Assembly: GCA_963722255.1 (NCBI GenBank)
Contig: CAVRJO010000001.1
Location: forward strand, 128,001 to 192,000
DNA from: Candidatus Babeliales bacterium
GTDB lineage: Bacteria; Babelota; Babeliae; Babelales; JANWKD01
Length of the DNA stretch: 64,000 nt
Direction: 5' to 3'
Part shown: positions 31,923 through 42,447 of the stretch, piece by piece
Numbering within the stretch: the first letter of the stretch is position 1
Layout: each line of letters starts with the position of its first letter
Position numbers and translations under genes: made by a program
The notes under the pieces: generated by a model
What the model saw: only the letters and a program-made list of their open reading frames with translations
Databases searched by the model: none
Told to the model about the DNA's origin: nothing

Positions 31923-32549
31923 TTAAATGACCTCAGTCTCTACACTCTGCTTTGCATCCAACTGACTTTCAGGCAAATCAAGCTCATGTTTCTTTCTAAC
32001 TTCTTCAAAGATCTTCTTAAACTTACACTCTTCTTTGCAATCATCCTCGACAAACAGAATTGTAGTTAGTGCAAAAGCAATCATCATATGCCAATGCCTT
32101 TCTACATCTTGAAATCCAAAAAACTCATCCTCAATTTCATCTTTCTTATTTGACATTGACTCAATAAATTCTTTAAAACTTTCTACATATTCAACCGAAG
32201 CTTTAGAAAGTAGCGCTGTAGAATCAACCACATCACGCAAAATATACCCCATGTCGCTACCTATTCTATAGAGATCATTTATTGAGCCAGTGTTATCCTT
32301 CTTTATAAGATCCATAATCTTCTTTTTCATTTGTAGCTGTTTTATAGTAAGCTTTCCTACTAACTTCACCCTATCACCTTTTGAAATATCTGGTATTAGA
32401 GCAAGCAATTTAATAATTAAATTCAAATTATCATCAAACTCAGCCAACATTTCTGGGTGAATAAGTAGATGAGCCCACTCAATACCTAGTTCCCCATCTT
32501 GAGCAAATTCATTTAACACAGGAAAAACAGATTGATGCAATTTTGACAT
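31923..32549 (-). CDS. Hypothetical protein, co-oriented upstream of the TnpA-like gene
   Basis: 208-aa ORF, 15-bp gap to the next gene. Confidence 0.65.
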   Translation of the reverse strand: MSKLHQSVFPVLNEFAQDGELGIEWAHLLIHPEMLAEFDDNLNLIIKLLALIPDISKGDRVKLVGKLTIKQLQMKKKIMDLIKKDNTGSINDLYRIGSDMGYILRDVVDSTALLSKASVEYVESFKEFIESMSNKKDEIEDEFFGFQDVERHWHMMIAFALTTILFVEDDCKEECKFKKIFEEVRKKHELDLPESQLDAKQSVETEVI

Positions 32550-32776
32550 AATAATCTTTCTTTAAAATAATTTTAAAAAGTCTTGTTTTAATAATTTAAT
32601 AGTTTAAAGAATTTTTCATATAAGTTAAGAGCCCAATAATTAACAATAATATTCGATCTGTATTTTTTATTGCAGGTATTTTCAAATATAAAAAAATATT
32701 AAAACATGTTATAAAAATAAATTATTCATACTAATTTTATTTGTCATAAAAAATTTTATAGATAAACTAAGATAGT

Positions 32777-33871
32777 ATGAAACAAAAACAACTATCAATT
32801 TTTCACTCGAAAGCACAAAATACCATGTTAAACCATGATGAAGTTTCTGAAATTAATTCAAAAAATACCAAAAATGAGATTTTAGAAGCATACCAAGCTC
32901 TTCTTCAAAAAATAACCCTGACTAAAGAAACAACAGTACAAGAGACTAAAAAAAAGAAAAATGAAGAAGAAGTAGTACATAAAGCCTCTCAGCTAACTAT
33001 TGAATCAATTGTTAATAATCTTGCTGATGCAAAATTATCAGTTTCAAAGGGGCTTGATATTCTTGAACAAAAATTAACAGAAGAATATCGTAAGCTCAAC
33101 GACTTACAAACGGCGATAGCATTGGAAAATAGTTCCTTAGAAGAACTCTATGAAATCAAAAAAAATGCTAATAGTCTTGCTGCACTCCTGCTTGCTCAAA
33201 AAGAATATAAAGCTCATTTTGAACAAGAGATGAATGAAAAAAAGAATGAGTTTGAGTATCGCATGGAAGAAACAAAAGCGGCTTGGAAAAAAGAACAAGA
33301 TGACTTTGAACAAACAATGAAAGAAAAACAAACTCATACCAAAAAAGAACGCATACGCGAAGAAGAAGAATATAACTATACTTTACAGCTTGAACGCAAA
33401 AAAGATCGCGATTTGTATCAAGAAAGCAAAGAGTTATTAGAAAAAGAACTTTTTGAAAAAAAATTGACCCTTCAAAAAGAATTCAGTGAACGCGAAGCTG
33501 CAATTCTTTCTCATGAACAAGAATTACAAAATCTACGATTACGCGTACAACAATTTTCGCAAGAACTTGAAACAGCAATACACACTACAGAGAAAAATAC
33601 TAAAGAAGCAATAGAACGTACCTATCAGTATAAAATTGAACTAACAGCAAAAGAAGTCGAAGGTGAAAAGAAACTTAACCAGCAAACTATCAGCTCATTA
33701 CAACAAAAAATAAAAGAACAAGAAGAGTTTATTGAGCAATTAACTAAAAAGACTGCTGATGCCGATAATAAAGTGCAAACTATTGCCTTGAAAGCAATCG
33801 AGGGTGCTTCAACTATTCGTTATTATGGCGCTTTTGAAGACACCAAAAAGTATCAACAATCAAATACGTAA
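32777..33871 (+). CDS. Coiled-coil protein
   Basis: E/K/Q-rich heptads; WKKEQ..RIREEEEYNY. Confidence 0.8.
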   Translation: MKQKQLSIFHSKAQNTMLNHDEVSEINSKNTKNEILEAYQALLQKITLTKETTVQETKKKKNEEEVVHKASQLTIESIVNNLADAKLSVSKGLDILEQKLTEEYRKLNDLQTAIALENSSLEELYEIKKNANSLAALLLAQKEYKAHFEQEMNEKKNEFEYRMEETKAAWKKEQDDFEQTMKEKQTHTKKERIREEEEYNYTLQLERKKDRDLYQESKELLEKELFEKKLTLQKEFSEREAAILSHEQELQNLRLRVQQFSQELETAIHTTEKNTKEAIERTYQYKIELTAKEVEGEKKLNQQTISSLQQKIKEQEEFIEQLTKKTADADNKVQTIALKAIEGASTIRYYGAFEDTKKYQQSNT

Positions 33872-34027
33872 TAAAAATAGCTTTAAATGTTGTCTGGTAA
33901 ATCAAGAGCTACACTACATGATTTACCGGACATTCAAAAGATAAAATTTCTACAAAATAGTTTTGAAAACCGAAAAATTGGTATATAGTTACCATAAATT
34001 TAAAATACGCATAATAAAAGGAAAAGT

Positions 34028-34468
34028 ATGGAAATTAAAACTCAAACAAATGTTGAATTTAATAACTTCACATCTGACGACATATTAATTCCTTATAAAA
34101 AAATTATTCAAGCTTCAGTATGTCCCGAATTTGGTAACACGCTTGCTTTATTATCTGGAGCAAATGCCATACAAGCTTATAAAAAAACAACTAACTGCAA
34201 AGAAGGCACTTTAGAGTTAATGATGTATTTTGTAGAATGTGGTAATAAATTTACCATACTGTATGGCGATATTGATGAAGACTTTTACGGCAATCTAGAA
34301 ACAATGTTTCAAGATGTTGTCGATATAGTAAAACAAAGCAATAAAGAAATCATTGATCACTATTTACCGCGTCTTAAAAGAGTAGTAAAAGATGCTGATG
34401 GGATAGGTTGGGGATATTATGATACCATTGAAGAATATTTGAGTGATGCTTTTCCTAACAGTAAATAA
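34028..34468 (+). CDS. Hypothetical protein (DUF6155-like)
   Basis: ELMMYFVECGNKFT..YGDIDEDFY..GIGWGYYD. Confidence 0.65.
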   Translation: MEIKTQTNVEFNNFTSDDILIPYKKIIQASVCPEFGNTLALLSGANAIQAYKKTTNCKEGTLELMMYFVECGNKFTILYGDIDEDFYGNLETMFQDVVDIVKQSNKEIIDHYLPRLKRVVKDADGIGWGYYDTIEEYLSDAFPNSK

Positions 34469-34547
34469 AAATCCCCACAGCAAGCTGCTGAGTATTTTTC
34501 TATGAAACAAATCAAGCTTCGGGGAATTGAACCCGCAAGAGATTAAA
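34466..34547. mobile_element. Miniature non-autonomous derivative of the IS200 element at 23770-24373
   Basis: ccccacagcaagctgctgagtatt and caagcttcggggaattgaacccgcaagagattaaa match both ends of that element. Confidence 0.75.
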
Positions 34548-34765
34548 AATTTATTTATATTTTTGGCGATGCCAAACAAGTAAATCTCATTAAGCTTCCG
34601 TAACTATGCGTCACAAAAAGCAAAGATTGTTAGTTACGGTTATAACAAAATTGTCTATCTTGATACATAAGAATCAAAGACATTTTTGTAAAATTATTTT
34701 TTGTATTACTCCTTCAAGCACACTATCATTCTAGACGATAACAACGCCTAACAAATCCAAAAAAA

Positions 34766-34805
34766 GTTGCCCTTTTTATAACAACGTTGTTATAAAAAGG
34801 GCAAC
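34766..34805 (-). terminator. Perfect 40-bp palindrome, probable terminator
   Basis: gttgccctttttataacaac|gttgttataaaaagggcaac followed by a T run on the minus strand. Confidence 0.7.
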
Positions 34806-34831
34806 CCCAGCTGATAGATAAAAAAAGCCAA

Positions 34832-35368
34832 TTATACAAGGCCTGTAGCATCATCTGATACTGTTGTTCCACTTGCAACTATGTTGCTAGCAATTTCTAC
34901 AAGAGCAGCAAACGTTAATTGTAGTGAACAATATACAACAGGTGCAGCTGGAGGATATACAAGCGCAGCAGCTCCTGCAACTAATGCATATGCAGTTTGT
35001 GCGGCAGCATGAACTGCAAATTTACTGAGCCAGAATCCTGCAACCTTTCCTCTAAGGCCGTTTCCATGAACATTCGCTTTATGCATCAACCTATATTCAC
35101 CATTTGATAGATGAGATGGTTGAGCTGGGTCATATTCCTCAAAGTTTTTAATGGTATTATCATGATTCAATACATGTAAAACTGAATGCACATCAAAATC
35201 ATAAATTTTTGAATATTCATGATCCCTCAATGGTTCAAATCCTTCATTGTTTTTAGATAGTTGAGCAGAATCAAGCTTTTGAGAAACAAAGATTCCTTCT
35301 TTCTTGGTAATCTCAGCTGCTTGTCCTAAAAAAAATAAAGACAATGAATATAATAATAGCTTATTCAT
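34832..35368 (-). CDS. Secreted/membrane hypothetical protein
   Basis: Signal peptide; Ala-rich hydrophobic C-terminal helices. Confidence 0.65.
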   Translation of the reverse strand: MNKLLLYSLSLFFLGQAAEITKKEGIFVSQKLDSAQLSKNNEGFEPLRDHEYSKIYDFDVHSVLHVLNHDNTIKNFEEYDPAQPSHLSNGEYRLMHKANVHGNGLRGKVAGFWLSKFAVHAAAQTAYALVAGAAALVYPPAAPVVYCSLQLTFAALVEIASNIVASGTTVSDDATGLV

Positions 35369-35894
35369 ACTATATCCTTTGAATAACTAACTATTATAAA
35401 AAATAAAGATACAAAAATATGTAAGAAAAGAATTATATGATACTCATGAAAGGGGCTCCTTTAGTTTGGTACTGTTGAACACTGCTTTTGCTTATTACTA
35501 ACTGAATCCCTTAATGTCCAATGTATTATAACATTCATATTGCAAAAGGCAACAAAAAATTATCGAATCATGCTTGAATATGATTAACTAGCGCGTATTC
35601 TAAAGGGTTTTTTAAATTTTTTATAATATAAAAAAATGAAAATATTTTATATTTTTTAAAAGATCAAATAAATAAAAAAAAACCAAATCATGACTTTTAG
35701 ACAGGACTTAAAAGCATATCCTTTGCATTATTAGATTTGCAAAGCAAAGCATCTTTCTCTCATAAACCATTAAATTTGTAAAAACATTCGGTTGTTAACG
35801 CATCTTTTTTTGATTATAAAGATTAAATTTTTCAAGCAAATGCAAAACAGTCAATTTGCGTTTCTTATGGACGACAAATGTTAGCAAACCACTA

Positions 35895-37106
35895 TTAACG
35901 CTCATCTGAACTGGCTTGAGCGTTAGACACTTCTAATCCCAGTGCATAAAAAATCTCTTTCCATGCTTCTGGATCTCCCTTCCAGCTATAAGGCTGGAGC
36001 TGCCTCAGATAATAATTGTACACCCCTTCTAGTTTCCAATCAGATTCAATTTCTTGTGCACCATCTAATACTACCAGCAAAAATGGCCTACCTTCGCGCA
36101 ACGCAAACAACAAATTTTTAAGTTCTGCTGCCTGTTCTTGTGTAATCTTCTTGCGAATGAAAAGCGGATATTCGCTTGTAATTATCAAATCTATCAATCG
36201 ATCTATACGACGCAAATACTTTTCAGCAATTTCTTCATAATCTTTTAAAAAATCTTCTTGCAACTTAAAATCATGAAGCAATCTTGTCCCATATTTTTTA
36301 TCTAAAATATACTTCTCATCCCTCTCATTCACAACAAGCTCAAAATTATCCGGCCTCATAAAGCTTTCAAAATTATTTTTCAACATTTCTCGAAGGGCAT
36401 CATAGGGCGTAACCAATGTATCAAACGGCAATGCATATTTGCGCAAACCATGTATATACAGCTGATAAGCAGCTTGACAATCGCCACCTAAATTAATAAT
36501 TGCATCAAATGCTTGAGCTACAAAAGCAAACCGTAACATACGTTCTTTGCAAAGTTTCAAATATTCTTGAAGAGGTTCAAGCCCCACTGAAGCGCGCAAC
36601 TCATCTATACACTCAGGATTTTCAAGGGGAAGAACTTCACCTTTCTCATTAATCTGAGTACCATATCTTTGAAGCAGGTTGCTATTTATTTGTATACGAT
36701 CATAAAGATAGGCGATCAATTTAGAATCTACTTCAGTTTTATCTAAAGCCTCCATTTTTGTTAAACAATCTTTTTGAAATTCAGTATCATTGCAATGTTG
36801 CACGAGAATCCAAGCATGTTGGCAGGCTTCTTGACCAAATTCCGATATTTTTGGCCACCCATAATGATTGATAACTTCTTTTAAATACTCACTATGACGA
36901 GCATTGATTTGATCAATTCCGAGTTCTTTAAAAATTTCAGCTCTTGATGATGTTGCTTGTAGCCGTAATGCTTTTTTTCTTAGTTCCTGGTCTTCAATAC
37001 AATAGTCATTCAGTGTTTTTTTAATTGATTCTGCAGTTAACATTCCATGGCATTTCATTGTGCCGAGCATAAAAATACAAAGAAATAAGTGCAAAGTTCT
37101 TCTCAT
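35895..37106 (-). CDS. Secreted fusion: DUF6624-like domain plus papain-like (DUF1796-type) domain
   Basis: DQELR..YGWP..AWILVQH..AYLYDR..QRYGTQ, then IINLGGDCQAA..LPFD..LLHDF..RRIDR. Confidence 0.7.
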   Translation of the reverse strand: MRRTLHLFLCIFMLGTMKCHGMLTAESIKKTLNDYCIEDQELRKKALRLQATSSRAEIFKELGIDQINARHSEYLKEVINHYGWPKISEFGQEACQHAWILVQHCNDTEFQKDCLTKMEALDKTEVDSKLIAYLYDRIQINSNLLQRYGTQINEKGEVLPLENPECIDELRASVGLEPLQEYLKLCKERMLRFAFVAQAFDAIINLGGDCQAAYQLYIHGLRKYALPFDTLVTPYDALREMLKNNFESFMRPDNFELVVNERDEKYILDKKYGTRLLHDFKLQEDFLKDYEEIAEKYLRRIDRLIDLIITSEYPLFIRKKITQEQAAELKNLLFALREGRPFLLVVLDGAQEIESDWKLEGVYNYYLRQLQPYSWKGDPEAWKEIFYALGLEVSNAQASSDER

Positions 37107-37233
37107 GATTGTTTCCTTTTAAAATTCAAATAATCGATATACTTTATCTAATCATAAAATGCTCCAATAGTAATGATCTTCCTAACTCATGCAAGATCTC
37201 ATTAAACATTTTTTTGAAGAATTTCATTTATTA

Positions 37234-37503
37234 TTATGTGAAATTAATTACTCTAATTTTGGTTTTTTGTCCTACAATAAGCGAATAATAACCTTGCATC
37301 AGATAAAAATCAGAGGTATAACTTGTATAAACATCCAAAATTATATCATCAACCCTATTAGTAATCTTTTCAAAAATATTCTCGTTGAATTGCTGCTACC
37401 AAAATTTGGGGGTAGCCGTATAACACACCCCATTCACAAAAGTAGTACGTAATTCTTTATCCATAACAGCCATAGAAGGCATAGAAATTATTTCAAAATT
37501 CAT
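37234..37503 (-). pseudogene. GyrI-like effector-binding domain remnant
   Basis: MNFEII..ELRTT..PKFW*QQF..VYTSY..GYYSLIVG with in-frame TAG and truncation. Confidence 0.6.
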
Positions 37504-37547
37504 TGAATCCCCAGAAAAATTATTTAACAAAAATCACTCTTTTTATA

Positions 37548-37823
37548 TTAATCCTTCCAATTCCACCATTTCAGTAACTCTGCTTTTGGATTTTCTTCAG
37601 TTACAAAATAAACTGCGCAGCGAAAAACATAGAGCATGCATCGATCAACACGTGTATTTTGGAATGTACATAAAGATTCATATAATTCTTCAGCATTCGC
37701 ATTTTTTAGATCTTTTAAAGATCGAATACCAATGTTCCAAAAATCTTCTGCAATAACTTTACCTACACCTGGAATTTGTTGGAACTCAAGCAAAGCTTTT
37801 TGCTTTTTATTATCTTTTTTCAT
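37548..37823 (-). CDS. Helix-hairpin-helix (Cdd1-like) protein
   Basis: QQIPGVGKVIAED..EELYESLC..DRCMLYVFRCAV..KWWNWKD. Confidence 0.85.
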   Translation of the reverse strand: MKKDNKKQKALLEFQQIPGVGKVIAEDFWNIGIRSLKDLKNANAEELYESLCTFQNTRVDRCMLYVFRCAVYFVTEENPKAELLKWWNWKD

Positions 37824-38257
37824 GACATCGGGCTTGCAATTTCAACAAGTAAACCATTAGGATCACGAATATATGCTACAGTCTGTCCCCATGCTTTTAT
37901 TTCAGGTGAAACGACAGATATTCCTCCAACAGCAATAGCTCTCTTATAAGACTTCTGAACATCTGATACTGTAAAACAAATCTCACTAGCTAATGGTAAT
38001 TTTGTAATGTCATGGGGAATATAACCTTCTGGAAGATTACTACTACCCAATGTTTCAGATGCAAATGCGATAGTGGTGGCTCCTGTATTAAGCTCTGCAT
38101 ATTGATTACTTTCATGAATATATTTGAGTTGAATATCAAATGCATCCTTGTAAAATGAAATAGCTCTTGAGATATCTTTAATATAAAAAATAACATGCGA
38201 AAAATTAGCCATTTTATGCCTTTTCTTACTTGATTGCCCAATGTAACTCATTAACAA
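37820..38257 (-). CDS. VOC/glyoxalase family protein
   Basis: AISFYKDAF, AWGQTVAYIRDPNGLLVEI. Confidence 0.9.
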   Translation of the reverse strand: MLMSYIGQSSKKRHKMANFSHVIFYIKDISRAISFYKDAFDIQLKYIHESNQYAELNTGATTIAFASETLGSSNLPEGYIPHDITKLPLASEICFTVSDVQKSYKRAIAVGGISVVSPEIKAWGQTVAYIRDPNGLLVEIASPMS

Positions 38258-38470
38258 ATTAGATGTTCTTTATTGACTAAAAATAGTATACTTCTATGGA
38301 AAGAATTGAGCAATAATCCTTACCTGCACAACTCTCTAGGCCTGATTAAGCTACAAAGGGCATACTACTTCGCATCTAATCTAACAATAAATATCTTTTT
38401 ATTGATAATAGTTTCTTTAAAAAGGCTGGCCATATCGAATTGAAACTAATAAACAAAATGTTAAGACATT

Positions 38471-38545
38471 ATTGGCAAAGCCTGGCGTCAGCCAGGCGTA
38501 GTTTGCCGAGCCAGAAGGCGTTGATAAGCGAAGCCGGACTGGCAA
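38471..38545. repeat. Orphan copy of the tRNA-trailer repeat family
   Basis: cgtagtttgccgagccagaaggcgttgataagcgaag matches cgaagtttgccaagccggaaggcctggataaacgtag at 57735-57771. Confidence 0.7.
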
Positions 38546-38742
38546 AATAAAAGACAATTAGTTTAAGCTGGTGATTTTGTCAATGCTAAAACTATCTCCT
38601 TGTGCAAACTGCTCTATCAACTCTTTATCATGGCAAATAATCAATATCGTTACTTTAAGATTATTACAAGAATGATCTTATTAGGATAACCAATACACGG
38701 ATACTAAAATAGTTGGAAAATATTTTTTCAAGATATATATTC

Positions 38743-38939
38743 CTAATGTGCAAAAGTTAAACATGCAAGAATATCTTCTTTAGTTAACTTAGGATATTCT
38801 TTTAATACCTCCTCTATAGAGATTCCTTGAGCACCAAAAGGCCCAAAATGAATTGAACGCTTAAGCGCGTTCCTTTAATGATCGGCTTTCCAACCATAAT
38901 TTGAGGATCAATCACAATTCTATTTATCAATTTATTCAT
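38743..38939 (-). pseudogene. DUF433 antitoxin paralog, frameshifted
   Basis: High DNA similarity to 53934..54170, with a 2-nt insertion and early TAG. Confidence 0.8.
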
Positions 38940-39287
38940 TTATAATTTTAATAATTTTTTTAATGCTATAGCATTATTATGTTCTTCATCATGTGCAGCA
39001 AACAATAATGTTACGTGCTTTTTTTCACGAATAAGATGTTTTAGTAAAAGAACAGCATCTTTGTGTTCTTTAAGCTCATTATTGTATTTTTTTTGAAAAT
39101 CTTTCCACTTTTTTGGATCATGATTAAACCATTTTCGTAATTCAGTGCTCGGAGCAATATCTTTGAGCCATAGATCGATTTTTGCTTTAGCTTTAGAAAG
39201 ACCTCGAGGCCAAAGGCGATCTACTAAAATTCTGAATCCATCTCCTGATTCCGGATGATCATAAACCCTTTTTAACTGGATCTTCAT
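38940..39287 (-). CDS. DUF488 family protein
   Basis: [33 protein letters not shown]. Confidence 0.92.
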   Translation of the reverse strand: MKIQLKRVYDHPESGDGFRILVDRLWPRGLSKAKAKIDLWLKDIAPSTELRKWFNHDPKKWKDFQKKYNNELKEHKDAVLLLKHLIREKKHVTLLFAAHDEEHNNAIALKKLLKL

Positions 39288-39333
39288 ACATATCCTTCAC
39301 AATACGGTTTGATAATTCATTTATTAAAAAAAT

Positions 39334-40698
39334 TTAATCTAAATCAAAAGATTCTAAATACTTTGGAATCACTACAGACCAACCAAAGCGCTCCTCTATT
39401 TTCTTTTTTAATGACTCAGCGGCTTCTATTTCGCCATGCGTAAGAAATACTTTTTTAGGGGGATTTTCAAAATATCCTAACCATTCAATAATTTCATTAT
39501 AATCAGCATGTGCTGAAAGCTCTATTATCATTTTTATTTCTGCACGAACAGTATATGACATTGCCATATATTTTTATTTCTTTTGCACCATCAACTAAAA
39601 GCCGTCCATGGAGTGCCCTTTGCTTGAAAGCCCACAAAAAGTATCGTATTTTTAGCATCAGAAATAAAATGTTCAAAATGATACATCACTCGTCCGCCAT
39701 CTGCCATGCCACTTCCTGCAATAATTATTGCAGGACCTGTAATACTGATCAAGCTGCTTTGATTCTTCCACCGTACGTGTATATACTGAGCAATATTAAA
39801 TATATCCTTACATAACGATGCTGATAACTTAAGTTCATCTTTAAACTTACAAAACAAATCAGTAACATTTATAGCCATGGGACTATCTAAAAAAATAGGA
39901 ATATCCGGAATAATTTTCTTTTGTTTTAATTGATAAAGACAATAAAGAATTGTTTGTGTCCGCTCTACAGCAAAAGCAGGTATTATAAGAACTCCTCCTT
40001 TTTGCACGGTTTCATTTACTACCTCACCTAAGGCTTTTATAGGATCACCTTTTTCATGAAGCCTATTACCATAAGTTGATTCAAGAACTAAAAAATCGGT
40101 TTCTTTTAAATGTGGAGGAGATTTCATGATAAGTTGATGAGGACGCCCAAGATCTCCAGAAAAAGTTAATTTTTGCTTTCCATCAGATACAATAACAAAT
40201 GAGGAGCCAAGAATATGGCCCGACTGTATCAGCGTAACCTTTAAAGATTTGATACTCAAAACGGTATCATAATCAACTGCTTGAAAAAATTTTAATGAAT
40301 TCTCAGCATCAAGTTTCAGTATATAAGGGTATACTGCAGGATGATGAGGATCTCATCTCTTATTACTATGCTTTGCTTCTTCTTCCTGTAAAGATCCACT
40401 ATCAATTAATAAAATAGCGCATAACTCATAGGTTGCTTTTGAACAATATATTTTTCCCTTAAAGCCATTTTTAACTAATAAAGGTATATACCCGGTATGA
40501 TCTATATGAGCATGCGTTAATACAACGGCATCAATGCTACTTAGGCTGCTATGGGAAATGGATCCCAATTACGCTGAGTGAGTTCGCTTCTCTCCTTGAA
40601 ACAGCCCACAATCAACTAAAATTTTTGTATCGTTCATGTTCAATAAGATATTTTGATCCTGTTACTTCTTCTACTGCACCCAAAAAAGTTATTTTCAT
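39334..40698 (-). CDS. MBL-fold beta-CASP RNase, several frameshifts
   Basis: MKITFLGAVEEVTGSKYL, LTHAHIDHTG, GHILGS, ESTYG, AGSGMADGGR, SAHAD, THGE spread over 3-4 frames. Confidence 0.88.
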
Positions 40699-40735
40699 AG
40701 CTTCACCTACTACTATTTCTCATAAGTATTACTAT

Positions 40736-41128
40736 TCAACGTTCTAATAATTTTGCAATAATTGGCATATCGGGATTAGGTACATCATAAAGAAGCAGTT
40801 CATTTTTTTCAACCCATTTAATTTGTTTATGCTCATAAAGAATAAGTTCATTAGAAAATGAAGTAACATAATATGCATGCATTTCCATTGGAATGCCTTT
40901 ATATTCAAAATAGCTTGAACACAAATATTCACCAATCTCGGCTTCAATGCCCAATTCTTCAAACAGTTCTCTTTTTAAACATTCTTGTTCTGTTTCCCCG
41001 AGTTCCATCTTTCCTCCGGGAAATTCCCATTTATCATAAAATTCGTCTTTTTTAGAACGTTGCGCAATAAGAAACTTATTATCTTTTATTATGATTCCAG
41101 CAATAACTTTTTTGATTGGTTTAAGCAT
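40736..41128 (-). CDS. NUDIX (MutT/NudG-like) hydrolase
   Basis: WEFPGGKMELGETEQECLKRELFEELG. Confidence 0.93.
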   Translation of the reverse strand: MLKPIKKVIAGIIIKDNKFLIAQRSKKDEFYDKWEFPGGKMELGETEQECLKRELFEELGIEAEIGEYLCSSYFEYKGIPMEMHAYYVTSFSNELILYEHKQIKWVEKNELLLYDVPNPDMPIIAKLLER

Positions 41129-41298
41129 TTTTATAAATCCATCTCTTGAGACTTAAATCAATTTTTCAAAGTATCTCTTCACAATTTATTCCCAACAAAA
41201 AAATTTATATACCATTTTTTTAACTAAAAGCTTTAAGCCTTATAAAAATAACTATACATTAGTATAATGTTTTAAACTTACATTTTAAGGATAAAAAT

Positions 41299-41754
41299 AT
41301 GAAAGTATATGTTTCTGCAAAATTTAATGATAAAGAACGAGTTAATAAGGTATATGCCTTATTAAAACAAGATGAACACACCATTACGCATGAATGGATA
41401 CATAATAAAGAGTCATACCCTTTTGATGTAGATCCAGTATTTACTGCACACTGCGCTGTGCAAGATTTTAATGGCGTTTTAAATGCAGACGTTTTTATTT
41501 TATTATCAAACACTGAACCAAGTTTAGGAGCCTCAGGCGAGCTCGGTGCTGCCATTGGATCATTTATCACCTTTAAAAAACCATATATCTTTGTCATCGG
41601 GCCGCATTTTAATACAAACTTTTGCTTCTATCACCCCGCTGTTATGCAAAGAAATTCAGTTGAGGAAGTATTACAAGAAATGAAGAGGCTTGCATTTGAA
41701 AACAATGAAAACAAAGCAGTGGCACCAAAAGAATTTGCAAAGATTACTTTCTAA
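41299..41754 (+). CDS. Nucleoside 2-deoxyribosyltransferase-like protein
   Basis: KVYVSA..QDFNGVLNADVFILL..GASGELGAA. Confidence 0.7.
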   Translation: MKVYVSAKFNDKERVNKVYALLKQDEHTITHEWIHNKESYPFDVDPVFTAHCAVQDFNGVLNADVFILLSNTEPSLGASGELGAAIGSFITFKKPYIFVIGPHFNTNFCFYHPAVMQRNSVEEVLQEMKRLAFENNENKAVAPKEFAKITF

Positions 41755-41952
41755 TCAATCAATCGAGCAAGCCCTTTTTGTTTACTATGATTAAAGCAAT
41801 AAATAAACAATATAATTGCAGAGATTGCATAAAGAATACTTAACACATATCCCTTAATCAGGTAAAGTAGCAACTTCATAGTTATAGAGCTATATCATCT
41901 GTGCCTGAAGTAAATATTTTGGTAAGGTTTTCTACTTTGAACACTGGCATAG

Positions 41953-42354
41953 TTATCCTACAACTTCCGGATATTTTTCAGGATCAGCCAAACAATACTT
42001 TTCACCAAAACTATCTACAGCATGTTCTGCAATCGTAACAAATTTGCGCCCATGAAATCCGCCTCGTTCATCATATTTCTTATGCTGCACGTTCACAATA
42101 TCTTCAAAAGTAAAAGAGTGAACATCGCCAAGTGAAGAAATAACTTCAAGAATATCGGCTAGCTCTTCTAGTAATGCTTCTTTTGTTTGAGCAGTACAAA
42201 CTTCATGAGCTTCTTCCATAAATTTTATTTTTAATTGCTCAGCAAATTCACGATCATCAAGCCGTGTCCAATAAATTTTTGAGCCCATCTGCTCCAAGCA
42301 CTCAACTGCTTTATCTCGCCATAATTTATTTTGTTTAAATTTTCTCATTTTCAT
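41953..42354 (-). CDS. MazG/HisE-like NTP pyrophosphohydrolase
   Basis: KLWRD..KFMEEAHE..EELADILEVI..RGGF. Confidence 0.85.
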   Translation of the reverse strand: MKMRKFKQNKLWRDKAVECLEQMGSKIYWTRLDDREFAEQLKIKFMEEAHEVCTAQTKEALLEELADILEVISSLGDVHSFTFEDIVNVQHKKYDERGGFHGRKFVTIAEHAVDSFGEKYCLADPEKYPEVVG

Positions 42355-42447
42355 TATTTTTATCCTTACATATTTATTTTTGATGATTTCTATATTAAAA
42401 AAATTGTTAGGGAGCTAACAAATCAAGCCCCCCTAACAATTATAAGT

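Noticed and set aside
5452..40698. Programmed frameshifting or true pseudogenisation in ppsA, the Zn-dehydrogenase, the beta-CASP RNase and 27643-28997
   Set aside because: Scattered single-base indels in otherwise intact genes with no shared slippery motif; consensus errors are more parsimonious. Needs read-level confirmation.
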